From assembly GCA_965248265.1 (NCBI GenBank), contig CBDFJF010000002.1:2016001-2080000 (forward strand): a stretch of DNA of 64,000 bases, read 5' to 3'. Below, one piece after another: positions 39,139 to 50,400 of this stretch. Under the pieces are notes generated by a model. That model was not told where the DNA came from. It saw only the letters and a program-made list of their open reading frames with translations, and searched no databases. This stretch comes from Candidatus Latescibacterota bacterium (GTDB lineage: Bacteria; Latescibacterota; UBA2968; UBA8231). A program made the position numbers and the translations under genes. Positions within the stretch are counted from its first letter, which is position 1. The number at the start of each line of letters is the position of its first letter.

Positions 39139-41410
39139 AAGAACACCTCCTGCCAGAAATTTAACTTGGCGCTTCGAGGTGTCCACTCTCTTGGGGAAGT
39201 ATCAGTTCAGTCCGAGCGCCTGCTGCTCAAAATGCTCAAGCCCCAGTTCGTGATTCATGACATGAAGCCGACGGCGGCGATTAGCGCTCGCCTCGAGGGG
39301 GTCGATGACGCGAAGATAACTCAGGCTTACAACCAGCCGGGTTACTCAGAGGTCATCCATCTCCCAGACTGGTTTTCGACTGAATCTGGACCTTTCGACG
39401 AATACCTCGCTGATCATGCCTGTGAGGCGAGCGCACAGCAATCCTTCTGCATGCTGGCCGACATCCCTGAGTTCCACCCCAACGACGAGGAAGCGGGTGG
39501 ATACCACTATGTCGGTCCCTTACTCGATCAGCCCGCCGAACCCGAGCATGTAGAGTTACTTGATGCCGATTGGGACCAGTCGCTGCCTCTTGTCTATCTG
39601 ACGTGCGGAAGCAGCGGACGATCGCCCGACTATCTGGATGATTTCATCGCGGCGGTGAAAGACCGTCCCTTTCGGGTCCTGATCACGACGGCGGGTCGGT
39701 GGACTGATTCCAATGAGGGGGCGGCGTTGCCGCGCAATGTGCGCGTTACCGATTTCGTCCCGGGGGAGTGGGTTCTGAGGCGAGCACAGATGATGATCGG
39801 GGTCGTCGGTATCGGCTCGATCTACCAGGCTCTCGGAAATGGTGTTCCCGTAGCCGGCGCGCCGGAGCATCTCGATCAAGAGTACCACCTGAATCGTGTC
39901 GAAGCGCTGGGTTTGGGTGCCAAACTGGACCGTCGGGATCTCGGCACAACGACCCTCATCGATGCGATCGAATCCATGCTCGCGAATCTCAAGGGCTTTC
40001 AAAAGCGCTGTGCCGTTTTCTCGAGCGCCCTCAAGGGATTCGATGGCGCCAGTCGGGTTGCCGACCTGGTGGACGCTCATTTTATATCCCGGAACAAGGC
40101 CTATAGAGTTGACCAGTCCGAAATGGTGACGGCCGAGGAGTTCCTTCACTACCTGAATCACACAACCCCGCCGGAACTGTCACGGGAAGAGGTGAGCCGA
40201 ATTCTGCAGAATGGGTTGCGCAGCGGGATTCCACATTGCCGCCAGAGCAAGCGTATCTATTTCGACCATTTGGACAGCTGGAATTGGCTGTATGACAACG
40301 AGCCGGCCTTTTTCGAGGCCGATTATCGGGCCTCAGAGAACAAGCGGCGCCAGTTTTTCGCCAGCAACAACGGCCACGTGCGCTGCCTCGAGGCTTGGCA
40401 ACGATTCCAGGTGACTTACCAATACAGGATCTTCCCTCGACCGCCGGCCGAGTACAGGCCGCTGGCGCCGGGTCAGCGACTCAAGCTGTTCATCCCCTTC
40501 CCGATTCACAAACCCGGACATCAGATCGACGTTGAGCTCAAGTCGTGCTCATCCGAGGCCATGGTCTCCTCTTTCGTGCCTCAACTCGGATTCATGTATG
40601 GCTTCGAGAGCGAGGTGCACTCCGACTCCAGGCCGCTGGAGTTCAGTTACAGCTGTGAACTGAGTGTTCGTGAGCAGGGTACGGGCGAAGGAGAACGCGA
40701 GCTCACCGAAGCGGAGCGTCACGGCAATCTGGAAGTCGACCCCGAGATCGCGCGGCTTCCGGAAGTGATCCAGTTCAGGCAACGGTTGGCCCCGGCGGAT
40801 GATAGCCGAGCTGCCATGGCGCGCGCCATCTATGATGAACTGGCTCGGTCGAGGCGCTTTCGCAAAACGAAGGACCGCTCTCACAACATGCTTTACTGCA
40901 CCGCCTCGATTCTGAGCGGCAAGAGTGGCCACTGCGTGACGATGTCACGCGCCTACATGGCTCTGTGCCGCCTCGAGGGCATACCGGTCCGTGAGATCTC
41001 GGGTGCACTTGCAGGCTATCCGTCGGGAAATGGCGGGTTCCAGATGAAGACCTATTGCGAGCCGGTCTTCGGACATACCTGGGTTGAGATCTTTCTGGAG
41101 GGGGAAGGGTGGATGCCTGTGGAGTTTCATTCCATCGTCATCGGTGAGCAGGCTCTCACCAAGGGCAACGTAACCGACGACGTTACCAGGGCCCTGGTGG
41201 CTGAGAACTCAAAGCGGTATCACGACTACTACTTCGGCAATCTGGACAATCACCGCCTGGTGTGCTCGAACTCCGTCAAGCAGATCCCACAGGCCATGGT
41301 CGAAGACCCCACGTTGCCCCTCGACCACGATGATCATTGGTCCCCGGCGCACGATCTGCGCTATGACTGCTCGCTGCAGTTTACGAAGGTGTGAGCGCGA
41401 GAGGACAGGC

Positions 41411-42505
41411 ATGGTCGATATCAGTGTAATCATCCCGACATACAATCAAATGGAGCGGCTGCGTCTGGTGCTTTGCGGCCTCGAGAATCAGCGTCTGGAG
41501 TCGTCACGCTATGAGGTCATCGTCGTCGACGATGGCTGCACGGACGGTACACCGGAGATGGTAGCACAGCGCATGGCGGATGGGGATTGCGGGAATCTCA
41601 GCCTGATTTCTGCCAATCCGAAAAAGGGTCGCAGTGCGGCGCGCAATCGGGGGCTTGAGGAGGCCACGGGTGATGTGGTCGTATTCCTCGACGGCGACGC
41701 TCTTCCCGCACCGGATCATCTGGAGCGGTTCGCACAGGCGATTGAGGACCACGGTCCCCAATGCCTGCTGTGCGGCATGCAGTACAGCTTGCCCGAGCTC
41801 GAGTTTTTCAAGGATCCGCAGAGTGGGGCGCTATATCCGGATGTGCCGGTAGCCAGCGTCGTCAAGGATTACGTGGGCCTGCGTCGCCAGGAGCTCATCG
41901 TCACGGAGGAGATGATCATCCGCGATTTCGACGCCATCCGGTCAAGGGCCAAGGAGGGCGGCTACCCCTTCGAAGAATCGAAACGTCGTCAGGAGGAGGC
42001 ACGCGCGCTGCTGTACTCGCGACCCGATGCCGAGAGCACCTGGTTGGCTTTCATTCCGCACAACGGCGCCGGACCCAGACAGCTACTGTTGGAGGCGGGC
42101 GGATTCGACGAGGAGATCCCGTTCAGCGAGGGGTGGGAACTCGCCTATCGGATGCGGCGGGAGCACGGTTGTGACATTCGCTGGGTCCAGGCGGACACCT
42201 TCCATCTGTACCACTACCACCCGTTCCTGGACCCTGAAGGGGGAAAGCGCGAAGGGCAAATCCGCTATCGCGCCATCGAATACATGGTTGCCAAGCACGA
42301 TGATGAGCGCATCCGTCTTCTCTACTTCTGGTACGCCCACCTGTGGCCTGATTTCTACATCCCGCAGGAGGCCGTCGTTCAGGATCTCGTTCATTTCGAC
42401 CAACTGTACACCGATCTGTGCGCCGATACCTGGCGTCAGCACCAGGTGATTCTCGAGCACCATCCATCCCAATTTCTGAAACAAGCGATTGAGGCTGTGA
42501 TATGA
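41411..42505 (+). CDS. GT2 (GT-A) glycosyltransferase
   Basis: ISVIIPTYN, VIVVDDG, GRSAARNRG, FLDGD, GGFDE, HLYH; start ATG 41411 after GAGGA. Confidence 0.9.
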   Translation: MVDISVIIPTYNQMERLRLVLCGLENQRLESSRYEVIVVDDGCTDGTPEMVAQRMADGDCGNLSLISANPKKGRSAARNRGLEEATGDVVVFLDGDALPAPDHLERFAQAIEDHGPQCLLCGMQYSLPELEFFKDPQSGALYPDVPVASVVKDYVGLRRQELIVTEEMIIRDFDAIRSRAKEGGYPFEESKRRQEEARALLYSRPDAESTWLAFIPHNGAGPRQLLLEAGGFDEEIPFSEGWELAYRMRREHGCDIRWVQADTFHLYHYHPFLDPEGGKREGQIRYRAIEYMVAKHDDERIRLLYFWYAHLWPDFYIPQEAVVQDLVHFDQLYTDLCADTWRQHQVILEHHPSQFLKQAIEAVI

Positions 42506-43728
42506 TCCAGACAAACGGTACTCTCAAGGAAAAACAGCTCATAGAGGCACTGGAGCTGCACGAAAAGGGGGATGACCGTCGCGGTCTGGCCCTCGACTGC
42601 TATCAGCTCGGCGTCATTCACCAGGACGGGGGCCGCCTGGAGAGCGCCGAGCGTCTGTTTCGGCGGGCCCTGGTGCTGTGCGAAGCGCTGCAGGACATCA
42701 GTGGCGCGGCGGCGGCGCATGCGCGCTTGGGTCTCTTGTTCGAGATCTACGGCGACACCGGCCAGGCGAGGTTCTTCCTGGAGGAGGCTTGCCGTATGCA
42801 CCAGGCCGCGGAGGACAGGTCCGGCCTGGCGAGCGACTACGGGTATCTCGGCTTTATCGACTTCATCGAGGGTGATCACGCGTCGGCGGAGGAGCGTCTG
42901 CGTGAGGCGTTGCGCATGAATGAGCAGCTGGGGAACGAGGCTCGCGCTGCCGAGGACATGGGGAACATCGGCAATGTCTACCTAGCCAAGGGTGATTTCG
43001 AGGAGGCGGAGACGATGTATCACAAAGCCCTGGCGCAATACGAGAAGCTCGGCGATCAAAAAGGAATGGGCAGTCTGTATCGGAGTCTCGGACGACTGTG
43101 GCTGGAGCGCGATGATCCCGAGCAGGCAAAGGTGTTTTTCGAGCTCGGTCTCGGGTTGCACACGCAAGTGGGCTGGGTGCTGGGAGAGGCGCTACAGCAT
43201 GATGGCATTGCCCTGGTGTACGAACGAACCGGTCTCGCTGATAAGGCGGAGGAGTGTTACCAGCGAAGTCTGGAACTGTTGCGCGAAACCGGGCATCGCA
43301 CCCAAATCGCTCGAGCGCAGACGCAGCTGGGTACTTTGCGCGCGACCCGTGGAGAGCTGGACGGAGCCTGTGATTCGTTCGAAGAGGCCCTCGAGCTTCA
43401 CGAGCAAATCGGGGATTACAGCGGCGTGGCGTACGCCTGCAGGCGACTCGGGACGATCTACTTGAATCCTGCCAACCCCGATCTCGAGCGCGCTGAGCAG
43501 ATGTACCAAAAGGCACTGGGGATTTATCGCGAGCAGGGGGACGAACGTGGCGAGGGAGCGGTTTTCTCCGGATTGGGAAATCTGGCAGCCCGTCGTGGCG
43601 ATGTCTCGCAAGCCATCGGTATGTGGAAGGTCGCATCAGAACGGTTCAAGAAACTTGGCATCGTCGATCAGGTAGAGAAGCTGGATATCGCCATGAAGCA
43701 GATCTGGTCGCGCGGCATGGTCGCGTAG
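42502..43728 (+). CDS. Stand-alone tetratricopeptide repeat protein
   Basis: Consecutive ~40-aa repeats (A..Y..LG..Y...GD...A...Y..AL) over the whole length; ATGA coupling to the GT2. Confidence 0.9.
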   Translation: MIQTNGTLKEKQLIEALELHEKGDDRRGLALDCYQLGVIHQDGGRLESAERLFRRALVLCEALQDISGAAAAHARLGLLFEIYGDTGQARFFLEEACRMHQAAEDRSGLASDYGYLGFIDFIEGDHASAEERLREALRMNEQLGNEARAAEDMGNIGNVYLAKGDFEEAETMYHKALAQYEKLGDQKGMGSLYRSLGRLWLERDDPEQAKVFFELGLGLHTQVGWVLGEALQHDGIALVYERTGLADKAEECYQRSLELLRETGHRTQIARAQTQLGTLRATRGELDGACDSFEEALELHEQIGDYSGVAYACRRLGTIYLNPANPDLERAEQMYQKALGIYREQGDERGEGAVFSGLGNLAARRGDVSQAIGMWKVASERFKKLGIVDQVEKLDIAMKQIWSRGMVA

Positions 43729-43743
43729 AAAGAAGAAACCATC

Positions 43744-45012
43744 GTGACCTATCAGGATTCTTCCGGAACAAGAGCCGTCGGATACCGTGAGGTGTTGCGT
43801 GTTGTCACGCGACTTATGCGGGATCAGATCTGGCGCATGGACCGTCCCGAGGACTGGCAACGTGCGCTCACAGCCCTGATAGACGCGTTGAAGGCGTTGC
43901 GTATTCCATTCGACAGTTGTGACCTGCACCATGTCGATTCGGCGAGTGAGGCTCCTGCCATTCCGCACCTGTTCTCGTGGAGAGACAATCGCTGGCGTCA
44001 AACGGTTGTGGGAGAGGACAGGGACACAATTTCACAGATATGGCGACGTGGAGAGCCCGACCATCGAACCGACGTCGCTGCCGTCGACGCGCACGACCAG
44101 GGCGACATTTTGAGGATGCGGCATGGCTATGCCATCCGCTCGGCACTCGACGTTCCATTCGCCAACGGAGTTCTGTCGCTCTACAGCAGCTCCGCAAACG
44201 CGTTCTCGGAACGCGATATCGAGATGGTTATCGAACTCGCCGAGGGCCTCGTTACCCTGTACAACCGTCTCGATGATCTCAAAGAGTTGGAGGCCAAGCA
44301 ACGGCAGGTAGAGCAGGCACAGCGACTCGAAATGGTGGGGCAGTTGGCAGCCGGCATGGCACACGAAATCAACAACTGTCTGTCCGTCATTCTGGGGCAG
44401 AGCGAGTTGCTGCTGCTGGACCAGCTCGATCCGGGCGTTCGCGAGAGTGTCCAGCTGATTTCCAAAGCCGCCGAGGGAACCAAGTACAGCTCGCGGCGAT
44501 TGTTGGATATGGCGCGAGGACAGGAGCCTGAGCGGGCGCCGATCGATCTGAACACCCTGGTCATGGAATCGGTCGAACTCGTGCGTCGGCAATTCAAGCG
44601 AGAGGAAATCGAGATAGTCGATGAACTCGGTGCGGGGCTACCGCTCGTCAACGGTGAGCCGACTCAACTGCAACAGATCGTGATCAATCTGCTGCAGAAC
44701 GGTCGGGACGCGCTCAGGGGCAGAAGGCGATCGGGGCTTATTCGAATTCGGACACGGCGACTCGACAACAGGGTGACGCTGTCGGTCGAGGATGACGGGC
44801 CCGGCGTTCCCGAGCGCATCCGTGATAGAATCTTTGAACCCTTCTTCAGTACCAAGGAGAAGGGCAAGGGGACTGGTCTCGGTTTGAGTATCTGTCAGAC
44901 CATAGCTCACAACCACAGTGGCTACTTAAGACTTGAATCCTCATCCCGGGGCACCTGCGTTGTCCTGGATCTGCCTATCGCAGACAAGGCAGCATTGCAG
45001 GCGTTCAACTGA
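43744..45012 (+). CDS. Cytoplasmic sensor histidine kinase (GAF-like, HisKA, HATPase)
   Basis: RSALDVP..GVLSL.S...NAFSERD GAF-like; [33 protein letters not shown]; no TM. Confidence 0.9.
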   Translation: MTYQDSSGTRAVGYREVLRVVTRLMRDQIWRMDRPEDWQRALTALIDALKALRIPFDSCDLHHVDSASEAPAIPHLFSWRDNRWRQTVVGEDRDTISQIWRRGEPDHRTDVAAVDAHDQGDILRMRHGYAIRSALDVPFANGVLSLYSSSANAFSERDIEMVIELAEGLVTLYNRLDDLKELEAKQRQVEQAQRLEMVGQLAAGMAHEINNCLSVILGQSELLLLDQLDPGVRESVQLISKAAEGTKYSSRRLLDMARGQEPERAPIDLNTLVMESVELVRRQFKREEIEIVDELGAGLPLVNGEPTQLQQIVINLLQNGRDALRGRRRSGLIRIRTRRLDNRVTLSVEDDGPGVPERIRDRIFEPFFSTKEKGKGTGLGLSICQTIAHNHSGYLRLESSSRGTCVVLDLPIADKAALQAFN

Positions 45013-45141
45013 TCGATCGCTGAACGCTGATCACCCGGTTACTCCGCTGCACCCCATGCAGTGGAAATCCGCCCAATATCCCGACGATACAGGCCGGCAA
45101 AATCGTCCTCTGACCCCTAGATAACATGCGGTCAGAGGATG

Positions 45142-45170
45142 TTGACGTTCCACTTGTACGGAAATAGTTT
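45142..45170 (+). promoter_or_regulatory. Sigma70-type promoter for the downstream membrane-protein operon
   Basis: TTGACG-N17-TAGTTT. Confidence 0.5.
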
Positions 45171-45303
45171 AATCCAGCTTCGGTCATTCGGGCGGCCTCC
45201 GCTCTGAGTCGCGCGCGCGATCGGCACGGCCTTCGACACGACCGCGATCGCCTCCTGCCGCGTGCATCAGTGACATCACACTCATAGCAATAGAAGACCT
45301 GGG

Positions 45304-47469
45304 TTGAAGATCGGTCTGCCGCAAGACTTCAGACAGTATCTCTCGATGCGGGGTACGTCCGTCACGGGTGAAGAGACGGCCGAGCACCGGCCATTGACCG
45401 TACGTGCACTGGTGATTGGCACCTTCCTGTCGTTCTTTCTCGGTGTCGGCTCCAACTACGCCGATCTGGTTATCTCCGGCAGCTACATGACCCTCGATTT
45501 CAGCGCACCGGGGGCGATCTTCCTCTTCCTCGTGCTTGTCGGATTCCTGAACAGCCTGTTCAAGTTGACCGCCAAAGACTGGCGGATCTCGGGCGTTGTG
45601 TTCGCTGCCGTCGCCGCAGCTTACCTAGCACACTTCTATCCCTATGACGACATGCCCCTATGGTCACCGGGGGTTCTGTTCACCAGCTTCCTCGTCGCCT
45701 GCCTGCTCGCGAACACGATGCTGGCCGCCATGGGCAAGAACATGGCCCTGAATCGCTCCGAGCTGATCGTCGTTTACGTCATGCTCATCATCGTGGCCTC
45801 GTTCGCGACGATGGGACTGTGCGAGACCCTGTTGCCGGCAATCACCGGCGTCTTCTACTACGCCAATCCCGACAACAAATGGGCCGAGCTGCTGTTTCCG
45901 CACCTGCCCCTCGACATCATGCTGGACGACGGCAATACCAACCGGTCGTTCTTCGAGGGATTCGCGACACCGGAGTATCGCATACCCTACGAGCTCTGGA
46001 TCCGGCCGATGGCGATGTGGGGCGTGTTTCTCCTGGCTCTGTACGTGGCCATGGTGAGCACGGCCGTCATTCTGCGGCGGCAGTGGATGGACAGGGAGCG
46101 CCTGTCCTACCCGCTGGTGCAGACGGCGCAGGAGATTATCCGCGGCGAAGAGGACAGCCGCATCGTCAACCCGTTCTTCAAGAGCTGGGCGATGTGGTCC
46201 GGGGCATCGATTCCCATACTGGTAGGGTTGTTCACTGGATTGAACCGCCATCTCGGAGGTTGGCCCGTCATCACGACCGGTTGGTCGTTCCCGATTTACG
46301 GTGGCCAGAGCATCAACATGACGCTCAGCTTCGCGGTCCTGGGTTTTTCGTACTTGATCGGGCCCGATATCGCCATGGGTATTTGGGGATTCGCACTACT
46401 GAACAAAGTGGAGAGCATGATTTTCGTGAGTCAGGGCGTGACCAAGCAACAGGAAGTGTGGGCGGTGAAGGTCTCCGAGCTGATGAACTACCAGGGTCTG
46501 GGCGCTCTGATCGTGTTCGTCCTACTGGGACTGTGGGTAGGTCGAGAACACCTGGCCCAGGTGGGGAGGAAGTTCCTCGGTTTGTCATCCAGGCTCAGCG
46601 ATGACAACGAGATCATGTCCTACCGCGCTGCCGTACTGAGCCTGCTGTCGGGCGTGATCGTTATGGTTGGATGGTTCGCGTACCTGGGAACGCCGCTGTG
46701 GGCGAGTGTTCTCTTTATCGGATTGGCCTTTATCATCTTCATCGGTCTCTCGAGGGTGGTCGCCGAATCCGGCATCCCCGCTATCATCTCACCTATGGTA
46801 GCGCCAGACTTCATGGTCTACGGCCTGGGCTCGAAGCTGCTGGGGACTCAGGCCATCGCCAACTTCTCGATGAGCTACATCTTCGCCACCGACATCCGCG
46901 TGTTTTTGATGGGCATGTGTGCGAACGGACTCAAGCTCGTCGAGGGCATGACGAAGACGGCTCGTCGCCAGGTGTTCTGGGCGATCATGATCGCCATCGT
47001 CGTCGGCTTGACGGGCTCTCTGTACACCATCATGGAGGCGTCCTACCGCGACGGCGGCATCAACACCTCCAACTGGTTTTTTAAAGGTATGCCGATCATC
47101 ATCTACGAGACCGCGGAGGCCGGTCTTGAAGAGAGTAGCGGAGTGTACTGGCCAGGCATGGGCTTCATGACGCTCGGCGGCGCTGGCATGCTGGGGTTGA
47201 CCTGGCTGCGCCAGCGCTTCCTGTGGTGGCCCCTGCACCCGATCGGTTTCCCCATCATGGCCAGCTGGATCGTCGACTGGATGTGGTTCAGTGTGTTCCT
47301 GGCCTGGCTGATCAAGGTAATCATCCTGCGGTACGGCGGTGCCGAGCTGTTCAACAAGAGCCGGATTTTCTTCCTCGGGATCATCACCGGCCGCATGCTG
47401 ATCTCTGGAATGTGGCTCGTCGTCGACTACGTGACCGGCTTCGTCGGCAACAGCATTTTCTGGATATAG
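45304..47469 (+). CDS. Polytopic membrane protein, DUF6785/DUF6784-like (OPT-related); start may be ATG 45346
   Basis: ELIVVYVM, LRRQWMDRERLSYPL, RVVAESG, WWPLHPIGF, WLIKVIILRYGG...FFLGIITG. Confidence 0.8.
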   Translation: MKIGLPQDFRQYLSMRGTSVTGEETAEHRPLTVRALVIGTFLSFFLGVGSNYADLVISGSYMTLDFSAPGAIFLFLVLVGFLNSLFKLTAKDWRISGVVFAAVAAAYLAHFYPYDDMPLWSPGVLFTSFLVACLLANTMLAAMGKNMALNRSELIVVYVMLIIVASFATMGLCETLLPAITGVFYYANPDNKWAELLFPHLPLDIMLDDGNTNRSFFEGFATPEYRIPYELWIRPMAMWGVFLLALYVAMVSTAVILRRQWMDRERLSYPLVQTAQEIIRGEEDSRIVNPFFKSWAMWSGASIPILVGLFTGLNRHLGGWPVITTGWSFPIYGGQSINMTLSFAVLGFSYLIGPDIAMGIWGFALLNKVESMIFVSQGVTKQQEVWAVKVSELMNYQGLGALIVFVLLGLWVGREHLAQVGRKFLGLSSRLSDDNEIMSYRAAVLSLLSGVIVMVGWFAYLGTPLWASVLFIGLAFIIFIGLSRVVAESGIPAIISPMVAPDFMVYGLGSKLLGTQAIANFSMSYIFATDIRVFLMGMCANGLKLVEGMTKTARRQVFWAIMIAIVVGLTGSLYTIMEASYRDGGINTSNWFFKGMPIIIYETAEAGLEESSGVYWPGMGFMTLGGAGMLGLTWLRQRFLWWPLHPIGFPIMASWIVDWMWFSVFLAWLIKVIILRYGGAELFNKSRIFFLGIITGRMLISGMWLVVDYVTGFVGNSIFWI

Positions 47470-47473
47470 GCAG

Positions 47474-50400
47474 ATGCACGGCTCACCTCAACTCCTCTTC
47501 ATCTGCGTTGCAGCGTTGCTTTGCGGTGGGTGGACGAGCGCCCATGGGAAACAGCTGCGGTTGAAGGAGACGATCACAGCGCTGTCCACGCAGGGCTCTC
47601 GCCTGGCAGGGTATCCCGGCGACCGCTTCGCGGCCGACCTGGTCGAACGAGAGTTGATCGCCGCGGGCGTGGAAGGCGTCACGCGCGAGCCCTACGAAGT
47701 GGTCGTGCCCATGGACCACGGCGCTTCTCTCCGGATCCTGCGAAGCGACGGCAATTCACACTCCGATGAACCGAAGATTGAGCTCAAGTCGCTGTGGCCT
47801 AACCTGGTTCGCACCAATACCCTGGGTCCGCAAGGGCTGGAGGGGGAGCTGATCTACGCCGGCAACGGTGACTATGCCGATTTTAACGGCGAGCGAGTTC
47901 AGGGCAGCATCGCGCTCATGGAGTTCAACAGTGGTAAGAACTGGAAAAACGCTGCCGCGCTTGGGGTGGCCGCCGTCATCTTCATCGAACCTGAGGAGAC
48001 GTCCCGTATAGAGAGCCGGCGGAAGTGGAGTTGGGCTCCCGTCCACGTGCCTCGCTTTTGGATCGACCGCGCCTCCGGCAGTGCCTTGCGCCAGCGTGTG
48101 GAGGACGCAGGTGGGCTGCGGGTTCGCCTGCAGGCGCGCATGGACTGGGAACTCCACAAGACCTGGAACATCTGGGGAATCGTTCCCGGTACGGATCCAG
48201 AATTGGCCGACGAGTTGGTTGCCGTGCACGCTTACTACGACGGCATCTCGGTCGTTCCCGCAGACAATCCCGCCGCCGAAAGCGCGTCGAGTATCGCCGG
48301 CCTGCTCGAATTTGCCCATTACCTGAAGGCTCATCCTCCGGGACGGCCGGTGGCTCTGGTGGCGACCGGGTCACACTTTCTGGGACATAAAGGTGTCTTC
48401 GAATTCTTCGACCGGCATGCGCGCACCGACCCGCTCCTCAAGAGCAGGATGCCGAAGCGCCTGGTTGCCGATGGCGTCGATACCCGTCGTCTTGTAGCGG
48501 CCGTCCAGGAGCGGGGGTTGGACCTCGACTCGCTGGGGGTGGTCCTGCGTCCTGCGGCAGATTCACTGCAGGCACCGGTCTTCGACTCGGCGGACATCGA
48601 GAAGCTGGCCGCGTACGTGAAGCTGAGGCGTCTTGATCCCGACACACTCGGTGTCCCGCTCGAGCCAGACAGCCTCGCGATCGCTCTGTTCGTCGCTCTG
48701 GACCTGTCCAGCCGCAGCCGCCAGGTGGGCCTCATACACAGTGCACGGCAGCCGGAACACCGACGCATGTTCGTTCCCCTGGGACGCAGTTTCACGCGCT
48801 ACGCGGCGGCCGCGGCGACAAAGCACGGCCGCCGTCCCGACGGTCTCGTCAACCTGATCAGCCCGATCAAGGGACTCTCAGAGGATACTTACCTGTACTA
48901 CGGTTCGTATGTCGAAGCCGGTGAGGCGGCCAGGGATGTCGGCATCATGGCCCTCAATCTGGTGACCACGACCGATGCGCGCCTTGTCATCGATACCCCA
49001 CTCGACACTCCGGACAAGGTCGATTTCGTCAATCTTCAGCATCAGAGCGAGATGATCAACCAGGTCTTGCACAAAGCCCTGGGAGATCCCGATCTGTTCG
49101 GTCCGAACGCCATCGATAACAGGAAGAGTCACGAAAAGAACATCACCGATGAAAGGGCTACTATCGCCGGACGTCTGCGGTTGCTGCCCAAACGCGACGC
49201 CACTCCAGTCGACCCGGTGCCGAACGCCGTGGTCGTCATCGTCGACAATTTTTACGATGACTCGTGGCGACCTGGAGTGTACCTGGCGGATGAAGACGGG
49301 AATTACCAGGCGGGGGTGAGAAGGTGGAAATGCGAGGTGATGGGATTCCAGCTGGACGAGACCACCGGCGACATCACCTACGCGACCGACATGGGAGAGC
49401 GCGCTCAGGCGATCGGAAAGTTCGAGCAGACACCATCGAAGGCGGAAACGGTATGGACGACGATTCTGTTCCCGAGTGAGAGCATGGAGATCCACGAGCG
49501 CATTCACGCTCACCGCCATTGGACCTTCGGCAACTTCCATGAGGACATGAAGATCCTGGACCACAGGGGAGCCACGCCCCGTCAGTACGGTTTCGCTCTC
49601 GGGGACTACGACGAACAGATGATGGTCCTGTTCTCCACCTCGGGAGATTCGCTGCGTCTGGTAGATGAATCGATGGTGCTACTCAACAATGAGGGAGCCC
49701 GCGATGAGATCGAGGGGCAAGGCCACGGATTCGATCTGAGCACGAGCAAGATGGTGCCTTGGGCCGGCATGCAGTCGGCGGAGGACATGTGGCGTCTGGA
49801 CGAGCTGCGGATCGAGCGTATGCGGAGGTTCGCGATCGAGAATCCGCGCGTTGACGCGCTGCACGAACGCGCTCGCCTCTCGCTCGAACGTGCCACCGAG
49901 GCCATGGAAGCCCTCGACTGGGGGCATTATGCTAAATACGTCCGTGAAGCCCTGGGCTTCGAGTACCGGGCTTATCCTGACGTGAAGGGGACCCAGAGCG
50001 ATGTCCTGAACGGATTGGTGTTTTTTGTCGCCCTGTTGATTCCGGCGGCTTTCTTCAGCGAGCGTTTGATTTTCGCGTCGACGGACATCCGCCGGCAACT
50101 GACGTTGTTCGGTTTGATCCTGCTCGTGGTCTGGATCGTGCTTGCGCAGGTCCATCCCGCCTTCGGTCTGGCGCACCCGATCATAGTGCTGCTCGCGTTG
50201 ATGGTGCTGGTCACGGCTTTCTTCGTCATCTCCCTCATTGCCGGACGCTTCAACGGGTTCATGGATGAGCTGCGGGAGATGCGCACGGGCACCGTGGAGG
50301 GAGACATCAGCCGCGCCGGGACGGCCTACGTCGCTTTCATGCTCGGCATCTCCAACATGCGGCGGCGGGCACTGCGCACGAGTCTCACACTGGGGACGAT

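Larger units (their letters stand above)
37957..39204 (-). mobile_element. IS3-family insertion sequence, 1248 bp
   Basis: Terminal IRs TGATACTCCCCCGGAAAAATGGACACC / TGATACTTCCCCAAGAGAGTGGACACC (21/27); 3-bp target duplication GTT at 37954-37956 and 39205-39207. Confidence 0.96.
37609..41394 (+). pseudogene. GT-B (GT1/UGT-like) glycosyltransferase fused to a transglutaminase-like domain, interrupted by IS3 after Val116 (844 aa when reconstructed)
   Basis: SLAHTIRPLVVARSLRDRGYQV, VYLTCGSSG, DFVP...GIGSIYQAL..GVP...P...DQ; GHCVTMSRAYMALCRLEGIP, GHTWVE, GWMPVE; IS removal restores in-frame DRCV|QSERLL. Confidence 0.9.

Noticed and set aside
37033-41394. Lasso peptide cluster (transglutaminase-like enzyme; possible Gly53 start with Asp at positions 7 and 9)
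   Set aside because: No asparagine-synthetase-like cyclase or PqqD-like RRE gene, no Thr at -2, and the leader looks like a Sec signal
39166-41394. 742-aa ORF as an independent gene
   Set aside because: Its first 13 codons lie inside the IS3 end; it is the C-terminal part of the gene starting at 37609
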